Positions 1-11,581 of a DNA stretch of 64,000 nucleotides are shown piece after piece; within the stretch, counting starts at the first letter, position 1, and every line of letters begins with the position of its first letter. Source of the DNA: Takakia lepidozioides (lineage: Eukaryota; Plantae; Bryophyta); the NCBI GenBank assembly GCA_030704615.1, contig CM060733.1, positions 16,492,001 to 16,556,000 of the forward strand, in the 5' to 3' direction. Below the pieces are notes generated by a model. That model saw only the letters and a program-made list of their open reading frames with translations. It made no database searches and was not told the origin of the DNA. Made by a program: the position numbers and the translations under genes.

Positions 1-2160
1 CATGGGGTTGACAAACTATTATAGACGGTTTGTTAAGGGATTTAGTGCTATTGCAAAGGCTCTAACCAAAATGACCAAGGTAGAGTAGGAGTGGCAGTGG
101 GAAGATGAGCAAGAGCAAGCTTTTCAGGAGCTCAAGGCAAGGTTGACCTCGGCGCCCATCTTGAGACGACCTATCAGGGGGCGCCCTTTTCAGCTGCATA
201 TGGATTGGAGTATGTTGGGGCTTGGAGTGGTGCTCACACAGGTGGATGATGAGGGACGGGAGTTCGTAGTGGCTTATGCTAGCCGCTCGAACAACGTTGC
301 AATGTCTAAGTATAGCTCATATGAGGGGGAGTGCTTAGCTGCAGTGTGGGCCGTGACACACTTCAGGTGCTATCTATACGGCAATCTCTTCTCCCTTATC
401 ACGGATCACCAGCCACTCAAGTGGTTGATGAAGTCAGATAAGCTTACGGGGAAGCTTGCACGGTGGGCACTTATACTCCAGGAATATGACTTTCAGGTTT
501 TGCATCGACCGGGTTTGGTCAATAGGGATGCAGATGGATTGAGTCGCAATCCATGCACGAGCCAACATGATGACACTGGAGCTCGGTGGCATGGTGAGAC
601 GGACGAGGAGATGGTGTCGGGATGGCATGCATCTGCCTTTTTGTATATCTTGGCATCGGGAGGTCAGGTTGGACCTACAACATGGCTAACTGTAGACGGA
701 GTGTTTGAGGACCCTGACGCTAGTGATGAGCCAGGTGGTGCCAGAGATATACATGAGGATTCGGTTGTGTTGGACTACCTCCGCACTGGAGACACGGCAG
801 CTAGTGTGACTGCCAAAGAGAGGGATCGGATCCTGCAACAAGCCAAGAGGTTCAAGTGGGAGGGGATACACCTGCTTCGAGTGTGGGAGGATGGTCGGGT
901 GAGGATTGTGCCTCACCCCACACAACGTGCACGGTTAGTGCGGCATGCCCATGAGGAGTTGGGGCATTTTGGAGTACGACGCACTCACAGTCCACTACAG
1001 GGGCAGTATTGGTGGCGTGGTATGCACACAGAGGTGCAATAGTTCGTGGCTAGGTGCATGGTGTGTGACAGGGTGCGGGCTTTATTCAACGCCCCTACAC
1101 CACAGTTGTATCATTTACCCATCATGGGATTGGGCTATAGGTGGAGTCTTGACTTCGCAGGACCATTGCCACTGACGATGCGCCATCACATATATGTGTT
1201 GGTGATGGTGGAGCACTTCTCCAAGTGGATTGAGTTGGTTCCATTGCCTGATAAGGCTAGTGAGGGAGCTGTGTATGCATTCTTGGATCGTGTGTTTAGC
1301 CGATTTGGTGCTCCGACTGAGGTACTCACGGACCAAGGGAGAGAGTTCTTGGGGGAGTTTCAGGCTTTGTGTGATAAAGCCTTGATAGACCACTGTACCA
1401 CTTCTCGGGATCATCCTGAGGCCGATGGCTTGGCAGAGAGAGCGGTACAGACCGTGAAGAGGGGGTTGCGCAAGTATGGTTTGCAAAAATGACACCTGGG
1501 AGATTGAGATCTTCAGGTACCTTGGTTAGCCATGGGCTACAGGTTTAGCAAGCAAGCATCACTTGCCTCCTTCTCACCATGTTTCCTTCTCTTTGGCCGA
1601 GAGCCGGATTTGCCTGCATCTATTCGCAGGGAGGCTGCAGTAGTCCTCAACCTTGATGATCCGGATGTATGGACACAAGCATGTGCCGAGCGGACAGAGT
1701 TGTTCAAGAGAGTCATGCCTATGGCTTTTGAGACCCTTGCTATTACCCAACACCGAGACACATTGAGGTATGTCACTATACGTGGAGGGGGATATCGGCC
1801 AGGTGTTCGGCGTTTCCACCCTGGGGACTATGTGTATCTGCAGCAGACAACGCATACGACCTTGGATGTCACAGCAGGACGTGTGATTCTAAGGTTCAGG
1901 GAGGTGTTGCCTTCAGGATTGTTGATCCTAGAGGGTCGAGATGGCATGGTATGGAATGACCATGTGCGCAATTGTGCGCCATGTCACCTTTCACATGTGG
2001 ATGGGAGGATAGATCCCAACCTTGCAGTGGTACCTGCAGGGCTGCGTTGCATGCTATGTGGGCATGCTCGTGGTGCCGCTACTATGCTGGTGTGTGATCG
2101 ATGCTCAAGAGGTTGGCACATGGGATGCTTGACACCACCTCTTGAGAGGGTTCCTGATGG
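1..2160 (+). pseudogene. Ty3/gypsy pol, 3' part: RT connection, RNase H, integrase, C-terminal PHD finger (disrupted, truncated)
   Basis: RNase H FQLHMDWS..VVAYASRS..YSSYEGECLAAVWAV; integrase zinc finger AHEELGHFG..CMVC; core WSLDFAGP..LTDQGREF..ADGLAER; PHD CMLC..LVCDRC..GWHMGCLTPPL cut off at ~2160. In-frame stops at 1040-1042 and 1490-1492. Confidence 0.92.
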
Positions 2161-3270
2161 GGGGCGTGGGTTACAGAGGGTTACATGGGATATAAAAGGT
2201 GTCAAGTTATTTTACCACTAGTATGAAGTTAGCTAGGAAATAGCTAGCTTTTATATATTGACATTTGGGATTGACCCAAGTGTCAATCCACGGGCCCATA
2301 CATGTTTGGGCATCTGACGTTGTTATCTTCACGGCAGATCGCGGTGGGCTCATCTTTCTCGAGTTGAGCCTCACCGTGTCTAGCTATGGCGCCGTAGTGT
2401 GGATTCCCCATGGCGTGGGGTGCACTTGGCTCGACTTAATATATGAGTGATGTTTTCATGTGCAAGTGTGTGAGTTTGAGAGAGCTTGTTTGCTTGTATC
2501 ATTCATTTCTTTATCACTCGAGAAAGATCAGCTCGAGTCTGTGACTGTCAGGTTCGAGTTAGTTGTAGCACCTGTGTTTTCAGATCATGAAAAATGGTTC
2601 AGCCTAGAGTGCAGGGATCCGTGCATGAGTATATCCAAGGCGGATAGAGTGCGAAGGCGAACAGGTTGCAGGTTTGCAATGGATAGAGAGGCGGTCAGTG
2701 CTGCATAGCTCAACGCTATGGCAACCAAGTTTGGGCTTCTAGTGTGAAGCGGAAGAGATGTTGGCCACAAGTGGGCGAACTGGTTGTCGTCTTCTTCAGC
2801 TGCAGGCCGAGTTAAGGAGTTGTAGGAATGTGGGCTGCGCATGGGAAACTAACGTTTTGCAGGTTGGAGATGATATGATCAGCTCCAGGTTTTTCTGCCC
2901 GAAACTAGTTGTTGCGGGTAGATGAGGAGCAACCAAATGGTGGAGCTACGAGGGGATGCATCGCAGCCCGTTGGGAGCTTCAGCTCCAAGCTCATGAAGA
3001 GGTATGAGTGAAGAGAGGGGGCTGGTCCCTCTTGTGTGCAAATCAGTGCACCTGTGAAACATGTGCTGAGTTGGAGTTTCAATCTGAAACTCAGCAGTGT
3101 AAGGGCTCTTGGAGTGGCAAGAGCGGGGCTGGAAGGGCAGCAACGAGGTGCCCTAGAGCCAGGGGATATGCATGAGAAGTGCAGGTGCACCAAGTTTGCA
3201 AAGGTGTGTATTTTCAGATTTGTTTTTGTGAGCTTCATGAAGAAAATGGAGCTTGTTGGGCAGCATATAG
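2161..3270. other. Non-coding stretch between pol and the next gag, possibly LTR/leader-derived
   Basis: Position between pol and gag; short motifs shared with the LTR-like region at 19388-19625 (gatca(a)gctcgagtct; aggttggag(a/g)tgat). Boundaries not resolved. Confidence 0.3.
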
Positions 3271-3313
3271 CTTGGTATACGAGACGAGGTGTGCGGTTTA
3301 GGAAGGTTCTGAT

Positions 3314-4243
3314 TTGGATTGTGAATCAGGAGAACTCACACCGGTGGTGCAAGTTGTTTCCTTGCCATTGTTGTGGGACACAATGGAGGAGATGTATGGA
3401 GCCACCAAGGGGCCACCAAGGTACTCTGGGGCGGTGGGCACCATTGACTTGGATGATTTTATCCAAGAGTTTGATAGTTGGTGTGACTTGCAGCAAATGT
3501 GCAATCCACAATTGTTTACGCCTTTCATGGCATGGAAGGGGCTGTTTCAGCACCTTGAGGGACCGCCTATGGATGATTACCATGAGTTTAGGCGGGGGCA
3601 CGATGTTGAGATCGAGGAGTGGAGGATGTACTGGTCACCCGACTATGTCTCTATCACTAGAGGCACTAGAGGCACAAGGGCAATATCCACACCGGCAGCT
3701 GCACCAACAGCTGCAGCTGCAACAACAGCTTCCACGAGCAGTAGTGGGACTAGTGGTACAGCAACTATGACGTCCACCCAAGCTACTACTACACTAGCAC
3801 TAGTGGCCGTGCCTGCCTTCAACCCTGTTGTGGAGTTCTTCGAAGAGTTGAGAAGGAACTACCAAGGGGTGAGGACAGAGAAGTTGAGGAGCTTGCAAGA
3901 GTTCCAACGGAAGCCTACTGAGAGCTTGATGGAGGTTTTCAATCGCATGAGGCGCTTGATTAATGTAACCCAAAGGGTTACGGAGGCTCAGGCACTCCAG
4001 TTCTGGTATGGGATATTGGACAAGGAGCTGAGGAGAAGGGTGCAGGATGCAACTCTTCTACAAGCGGCCCAACCCACCTTAGCAAATGTGTTTTTGCTGG
4101 CAGAGTGGATAGAGCTCAACATGGTGGAGGAACAAGTGGTCATGGTAGGATTTGCTAAGGAGACACCACGGGGTAGTGGTGCTCCTAGCCAGCCACTACC
4201 TCAATGTGCTCAAGGCAACAAGGGGGCTCAGGTGAAGCCCAAG
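3314..4243 (+). pseudogene. gag capsid region, 5' half
   Basis: GPPRYSG..DLDDFIQEFDSWC; LRSLQEFQRKPTESL..FNRMRRL..FWYGILDKELRRRV (retrotransposon gag homology region). A near-identical copy lies at 18201-19385. Confidence 0.85.
4235..4243 (+). repeat. Left target-site duplication AAGCCCAAG (right copy at 15696-15704)
   Basis: Identical 9-mer on both sides of the insertion; the uninterrupted gag copy has a single aagcccagg. Confidence 0.93.
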
Positions 4244-4360
4244 CAGGGATGCCTCGGCGTGAGCCTGGTCACGTGAGCGCGTGAGCGCAACTGCGCTCAC
4301 GCCACGTCACCTTGCGCAAATGCCACGTCACGGGGCTCACTCCACGTCATCATACGTGAA
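4244..4360. repeat. Left TIR and subterminal (GCTCAC)GCCACGTCA repeats
   Basis: gctcacgccacgtca at 4295, tgccacgtca at 4321, gctcactccacgtca at 4335. Confidence 0.85.
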
Positions 4361-4459
4361 GGCCGCGTCACCACGCGCCCAGAAAGAAGTGGAGTGTATT
4401 CCCGCGGATTGGCACCCTTTACCGCGGAAACAAGCTGGACGACATAATAAAAGGCATTG

Positions 4460-4790
4460 AATAAAGGATGGATGAATGTACAGTTGGATGATAAACAGAT
4501 GGATGAGTGTGAAAAATGAATGTAGATGGATGAATGAGGGATGGATAAGAGTAAAATGGATGAATGTATAATGGATGTTGAGCAATGACAAAAATTCATG
4601 ACAGGAAGATGCATGACCAAATCTTTTGACAAATGCACCTCGTATATGAAATGAGTGTGGAAGGTTTGTGGGGTGGATTAAAGAGTACAGAGGATGAATG
4701 TACAATGGATGTTGTACAAAGGAAAAAATTCATGAATGGAGCACGCATGAGTACAGTGTAGATGAATGCACAATGGATATGAGAAGAGTC
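4460..4790 (+). repeat. Degenerate GGATGAATG-rich repeat tract inside the left arm of the MULE
   Basis: Repeated ggatgaatg / ggatgagtg / agatgaatg units. Confidence 0.6.
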
Positions 4791-5271
4791 AGGGAGGTTT
4801 GTGAGATGGATTCATACATATTGCAATTTAAACGAAAGGTGATTCTGTGATTATTATTTGTTCTAAAGGAACAACTACGGTGGAGGAAGGGGATTCAACG
4901 TTTTCCAGATAATATGAAAATGAATATTAAAAGAATACAGTTCAGTCTGACTCAGAGTCAGTACAATGTATCCCCGCTTCCTCTGCATCTAAGTCTAAGT
5001 ATTTTAGAACACCGGATCCACGCTGGATACACCTACGGCTGGACACTAAAAAGTCAGGGGATAGGGACTCGGCCGCGTGAAGTGCCATTGCCTCGGCATA
5101 AACAGGAAGAAGAAAATTGGAAAGGGGGCTGTCGAAAACAGACTCGCCAGAAATGACTGTATCTCCTGAAGATCCACCGCTGCCTTTCCTGAAAGACAGC
5201 CTGAAAAAGTTATTACTGTAACTTTGATGTTATCGAGAAATTGAGTATGACTCCCAAAGAGGGTTTAGCAC

Positions 5272-6370
5272 TTACTCACATGAAAAGTCGTTGTCGACCT
5301 GCTTATCTTCGGGATCGTCATCATTTCCGATCAGTCTGTGTGCCTGAAGTGGAGCCAGACAAAAGGGGGAGGAGCACTGTGTTGTAGAGGTCAGAATCAC
5401 CCTCCATGCCAAAAAGGCTTCTTCCGCCTGCCTTGCATGCGTGGTAAGTTGCTCCTGCACCAGACAGGAGAACATGAACAGTTTGGAGGGGGGGATTTAA
5501 GCAGATGAAACTGTTGAAAGGAAACCAATTCGGAAGGGAAAAAACGAACCTGTGGACACAGAAAGATCGACCACCCGTGCAGAGCGGTGGCTGCATGACT
5601 CCAGCAGTATTTGCATGAACGCTGGTGACTTTTCCTTTGCACCTCTCCAGGGAGTGCCATCTGGTCTCTTCAGAGTCTGACTGGACTGCATGAAGTTGTA
5701 CAAAATATCATCGACATGGGGCTCATAGGGGGGGTTGACGAAACAACCCTGGTCAGAAATCTCAAAGCTGCGAATGGAGGATGGTGTCTTTGAGGTGCGA
5801 ATCCTCCGCAGGCAGATCGCCTCGAACATCCTCGTCTGGCAAAGATAGCAGGTTAGTGTGGTAAACACAATCTATAGTGGAAGTGTGTACATCGGCTATT
5901 CAGAACTCTGACACAAAAAAATCATGAATCGGTGATGATCGGTGTCGATCATAACACATTCTACTAGAGTGGAGCTGCAGAGAAAATTGAAACTCATGAT
6001 CAAAGCACAAGCAGAAGGGAGACGGCATACCAGCTGACCAGGGAAACCCCCTTTCACAAGGTAGAGGCTGTTCACACAATTCCATGTGCGCAAAACTTCA
6101 AACCCTGAAGACTTGAGGTATGATGCCAATGCCCGACGACTATCATTGTCACATGACTGAAAAAGCAGAAGTGTCCCTGCATCAGAGAGGAAGTTGTTGC
6201 AGAACCCGAACACCCAACTCCAGTAGTTGTCCTCGAATTTGTTCCAGCCTGGCGTCTTGCCCTTTGGAAGAACTTCTGGCACAGCCTGGCCATCCGGGAT
6301 GTCGAGAATGACAATGTCGGCCGCATAAGTTTTCTGCACACCGCACACGAAGGTGGGACCTGTGCTCACC
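5272..6370 (-). CDS. N4C/N6A DNA-methyltransferase-like domain (beta motif order) across three exons
   Basis: Motif IV-like ADIVILDIPDG; VI-like FLSDAGTLLLF; X-like PWRGAKEKSPAFMQILLESCS; I-like RVVDLSVSTG|ATYHAC (intron 5455-5549); II-like GRSLFGMEGD. Confidence 0.78.
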
Positions 6371-9300
6371 TGCAACAGACATGTTTTTTATAAGAACGAT
6401 GGCAAGATTGTTTTCAAAGAACGAGACTGAAATACTGCCAACGAAACTTTCAGAGAAAAAAGAAAGAAACTGGAATTCTCACCAGATTGAGGAATGAGAT
6501 TATATTGTCCCAGGTAGGGGATGGCACCCCAGTGTATCCTCTCTTTCGACTCTGCATCATCGAAAGCCAACCCTCATTAACAATTTTCATCTCTCCTGCA
6601 GAATCAGAACGGGAAGGGTGTGGCTTGGCATCGAACACGCACTGAAGAGTGCGGGTATATCTTCCAGCAGTAAAGTCCTGCCCACTCTCCATCTCCTTTT
6701 CATTCTCCTTCCCCTTGTCCTTTTCCTTCTCTTTGGACTTGTCTTTGTCCTTTGGCTTTGCTGGTGAGATGGCTATGACATCAACAGCCTTGTCTTTTGG
6801 TTTGCGGCCCGCCTTCTTTCCCTTCTGCGGCGTTCCCTGAGCATCAGGCTCCTTGGCAGCCAACGTTGCTATGTTTCGTTGATACTCTTCGTCAGTCAAA
6901 GGCGCCAGCATCTCAGCGTTATTGTTCAAGTATTTCATATGCTGTTCTTGAAAGGTCGTGTGCTCAGGTGGGCAGTCAAGGTACCACCCACAGTCTCTGA
7001 AGTGAGAAGGACTCCAGTCCTTCAATATCCCTGCAGTATACATGGTTGGATCGTTTGCAGGGTCCGACCACATGTCAAGATAGTTGGGAATTCCGCTCAG
7101 GTGATTTCCTTCCATAAGCACATATTTCGTGTACCTGAAAAAAGAGATAAATCCCAACCCACAAAAGCGCTCAGTGAGTAAGATGCAAGTAGAACAGAAT
7201 GATAAAAACATAGATTGAAATGGCTCTGAGAACTGCTCCAAGGACCTTTCAGGACCACACTACTGCTCCAGATATGAATGTCGTCAACGCCATTCAGAAC
7301 ATTCCATTCAATGATACTGTAAATACACCCTAATCCAGGTGAATGCAAATTATCGTTTAGGAATGACACAGACATAGAAGTGAATGTCGTCAACGACATT
7401 CACTAATGAAGCCAAATTATTACTTAAATGAAGCAAAATCACAGGATGGAAATCAAAAAATCGAGTAAGGAACCCACCAGGAAAACTCAATGCACATTCA
7501 TAACGAACATATCACTGAGGACCTCACAACATCACTGTATGTGAATGGCGTCAACGCCATTCACAAAAATACCAAAAAGAAACCAATTACTTAGCTCCCA
7601 ATCCATGTAAATTCAATTTGTCGCTGTTGAATAATACAGACACAGCAGTGAATGTCGTCAACGACATTCACTTTGGATTTCTCATAACAGAGCTTATCAA
7701 GCCTCCAGATTCCTCGCAAGAGGCAAAAACAATGCAGAACAACTGAATGTCTGCATTGACATTCAGCAAAATGAAGTGAGGAACCCTCACTGTAACCTCT
7801 ATGGACATTACAAAAATTTACATAACTCTGAGGACCTCTCAACAACTCCGTATGTGAATGTCGTCAACGCCATTCAAGGACATTATCAATTCTAATCAGG
7901 GACAATATAATTGCACCCTTAGATCCTAACCAGGTGAATTCATATACTCGCTTAAGAATGACTCAGACAAAGAAGTGAATGTCGTCAACGACATTCAATC
8001 TGGATCTAAGATTGCAATCCATATGAAGCCACATTTTTTCCCAAAAAAACAGTAGAGTTTCAAGTATGACATTGCACCTGTACACAACTCGCATCATGGC
8101 CCACTCTCCTCCAACCTGACTGTCAAAGTCGTTGGACCGTAAAATGTTACCATCTTTGGAGAACTCCCGGAAAAAACAGTATCTCCAGGTGAGACCTCTC
8201 CACTTCCTTATGTATGCCTCCAATGACATTTGGGGAGGGGAAACAATCAAAATGTTCAGGTCCTTCAAAGTCTGATCCAGCACAATGACGGCGCGCTTTT
8301 CGAGCTGCAAATAGTATATTTGTCAGAATTGCAAAAGAGATACTCATCACATACTTGAAGAGAAGAAAACAGCATGTTCGAATACACACCTGACTCCAAA
8401 ATGTAGCCTTGTGGAGCCAGTTATCAAACACCAAATCACTGATTCCTTCCACCTTTGTGCCAGGCTGTATGGTGCTCTTTGGGAACTGATTCAAGTCCTT
8501 TACTGTTTGATCTGAGTTCCATATCTCCAGCCACCTTATTTTTGTTGTGGGTCGACCATCGATATGGCCAGCCGGTGCAATTTCTCCTGCTGCATCTCCG
8601 GATGCACATGCTTGTCATAGTGTGTTTTGATCTGCTGAAGGAACTCAGGACCAAGTCCAGGATCTACTATTCTAAGCTGCTTTCCGAAGGCTGACATCAA
8701 TTTGGTTCTTCGCATTTCAAACTCCTTCTTTATTGCAGCTTCCACACCCTTTGATGTCCTTAGTTCTTCTGGTGTAGTGCGGTAATATTCGGATTTTCCC
8801 TTCTCAGCTGCCTCTGCCAGTTCTTGCTGCATTCATTCAAGTAGTGATTAGCTCCGAAGGGACTACAAACATGTATTCGAAAAGTAAACAAGTACAGACT
8901 CGGGCTTACCGCATACATGTACTCCAGAAACGCCTCTCGTGTCAAAGAATACCAAGTGCCTGCAGCTCTTCCTGTTTCGCACTTCTTGATGATATTGGGT
9001 GGTAGTACTGTCCAAAAATCATCCAGCTTCATCAGACCAATTCGGAATAGTGTGTGAACCAAGCTTGTTGTCACATGCGATTTCTCTGTCGATCTGCAAA
9101 AACATTGGAAACATTGCATTCCTTAACACTGTTTTTTGAGAATTAATAAGACACTACAGAGGGAATGAAATCTCCTGGATGACTTACTTGTTCACGTCGT
9201 GCATAGCTGTAAGAAGCCTAGCGATGTCGTTTCCAGGATCCAAAACCATTGCCTCCACAGCAACATGCTTGTCTTTGTCTTTCGAATGGTGTTTCTGAAT

Positions 9301-10726
9301 GTATCCCATCCATGCCAGCAATCGGTGGTTGCCGTCCCAGACGTAGAACATGTGGTTGCAGAATTGCTGGGTGTTCTTTCCCATCATGAGGCCCAGCTCG
9401 AACTCCTCATTGGCATCTTTCCAGCACTCATCCCAGTTATCACTGATCTCTGGAGACACTAATGTGCTTTTCCCATTTATATCCGTCAGTGACACATAAA
9501 AAACTTGTGCACCAAGTCTATATCCATGCACAAAATCACTCTCCAATTTTGTTATGTCATGGGAAAGAGGTGGACGCACAACAGGCATTGATATCATCCG
9601 GCACAGAGGTATGTCCAGACGCCCTCCAGATACGAGCATGTCCCTTATAACCTCCTGAGAGTTTACCTTCTGGAATGACATGAGTTCTTTCACCTTGTCA
9701 AGGTAGTGCACTTCGGATTCATCTGCCTCATCTGTATTCTCTGAGCTTTTTGCGGACTCGTCCCCATCTCCAGATCCTTTCCCCTCTGATCCTGTAGGCT
9801 TCGACCTCACAGTTTTCTGCACGATGCCATTCAGTTCTGACTGAGTGATTTGCAAATAGTGAATGGCGGTAACGACCATCACTCTGTTTCAAAGAAACTC
9901 ACCATGAATGGTGTGAAAGAATTCAGCACAATCTACACAAGCAAAGCTGATACTGCCGTATTCAAAACAAAAGCGAGAGCGATAGCGAACGGCGTTAACG
10001 ACAATCATAACAGATAACGACCTGCCGGATCGGTGTTGTGTAATGACATACATGTGCAACTGATTGGCGGCAACGACATTCAGTGTAGTTTAGGGCGGAT
10101 AGTAAGTGCAGACTCTCTCTTCAAACACATAGGTACATAAATCTCATGAGGAGAATCGAATGGCGTTAACGACGCTCGCAATTCAGTAGTTCCTGCTAAA
10201 GAAGGGAAGAGGAAGGACTCCTTGAAAGGCAATCAGACAGACTGTATGATCTGAACACCAGTGAATGACTGTACCGATAGTCACCAACTCATTGTGCTGT
10301 AAACCCTTCGCAGAGGAGTAGAAAGCAAATCACCTTTGTGATTGTCGGTAGCGACAATCCCTGTCTGGGACATTCCACTCAATCTCTACGCATATCTTCA
10401 ACAATGAAATCTAAGTTAGATAAAACTTACTGGCACCTTCTTAGGTTTTGAAATTTGATCCCCTTCTGCAGCTTTCCTCTTCCCTCTCACATTGCTGGAA
10501 TTTCTGTCTGCTCTAGGGTTTCTTGACCTTCTCCCGGTTCGGCGTTCCGCGTGCTTCCACCTTCTTCAGTGTCCCTGCGAATCATCTCTGCCTCCACAGG
10601 CTGGCGCACTCTTATCGCCGACTGTGTCACAGCCGCTGCCTCAGTCTCCGTCTGCTCTTGTGAATCAGTCTCCGCGTTCACCTGCTGCCTTGGCCTTGTG
10701 TTCTCCAACAAACGACGCCTCGTCAT
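5272..10726 (-). CDS. Spliced MULE accessory gene: acidic N-terminus, ParB/Srx-like domain, helical region, Lys-rich linker, beta-class amino-methyltransferase-like domain (lightly disrupted)
   Basis: Co-oriented exon-like segments, with GT/AG boundaries where checked, at ~10431-10726, 9188-9850, 8911-9095, 8390-8830, 8080-8305, ~6480-7135, 6030-6370, 5550-5850 and 5279-5454. The downstream exons are conserved in order in copy 2. One continuous transcript is inferred, not shown. Confidence 0.75.
7275..7997. repeat. Intronic array of six 22-26-bp palindromes, TGAATG(T/G)CGT-CA-ACG(A/C)CATTCA
   Basis: Copies at 7275-7296, 7379-7404, 7541-7564, 7647-7672, 7855-7876 and 7976-7997. Confidence 0.93.
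9188..9660 (-). CDS. ParB/sulfiredoxin-like domain exon
   Basis: LDIPLCRMISMPVVRPPLSHDITKLESDFVHGY..FYVS..FYVWDGNHRLLAW..VEAMVL matches the ParB-N pattern (IPL..R..I..L..G..V..DGxHRL.A). Confidence 0.8.
9858..10360. repeat. Second, more degenerate cluster of the same palindrome
   Basis: agtgaatggcggtaacgaccatcact at 9858; gcgaacggcgttaacgacaatca at 9985; tgattggcggcaacgacattca at 10061; cgaatggcgttaacgacgctcg at 10157; gtgattgtcggtagcgacaatc at 10338. Confidence 0.75.
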
Positions 10727-11581
10727 TTTCTCTCTTGCTCTGCGTCTCTCTCTAAGGGAAGTAAAATAAAGAGACTTTCTTCTCTTTCGTATTCTAGAAG
10801 GAACCCTCTCCAGCTTGACTACCACTCTCCCTCTAAGCGCGAAAAGTAGAAAAACGCAGTGACTCCCGATTTCTTGCGGGATTGCCTGCGTTCTTGCGTG
10901 TCTCTAGAAGCATCGGATTCCCTCCCGCGTGACCGTTACACATAGTCGTTCCCTTATTAGTGCACATGCCAGCAATTGGTGTACAGCTGTTCGTATTCAG
11001 TTATGGATGTCTGACGTGTGTCGCCCAAAAAAAACGGCGTGTTCTTTATTAGAACGGTTTCAATATTTAAAAATAACAGCAAATCCAAGAAATCTTGGCG
11101 CACAGTCTTAGACAAATATATGTAATTGAACGAGAGTTTGATGACAAATTTTGGGATATTATACACGGTCATCCTTGTTAGCCAACCCCACGTTCGTTTC
11201 ACATTTTGAACTTTCCAGGTGCGCATGAACATTGGTAGTAGTATAAAGATACATTTACTTAATCTGCAATCCCATTCTCAGATCCTGTGGCATGCTTCCA
11301 GGAAGTCGGCTTTGTTGTTGGGTTTATTGATGAGGTTCTGGTTAACGGTTTTACAGTTGCCGACACTGCACCTAGGGATACTCTGACCACTGGGCCCACA
11401 AGAAAAGTAATTAAAATGGACGGCTGCATATCTGGAAAGAATAACATAATATGCACAGTCGTTATCTGAGCTTCCTCCGCCATATTCTCTGCTCATTCTT
11501 CAACTGTGTTCTGGAGACAGCAGTAAACCGATTTACACTAGATCTGCGATAGCAAGGTACAAACAAACGCGAGGAAGGAAG

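Noticed and set aside
7275-7997. CRISPR array
   Set aside because: Spacers are long and irregular (~80-180 bp) and partly duplicate each other; there are no cas genes and the array lies in a spliceosomal intron.
5272-10726. Bacterial or phage contamination as the source of the ParB and MTase motifs
   Set aside because: Multiple GT-AG introns conserved between two copies, inside a TSD-bounded element in a plant retrotransposon.
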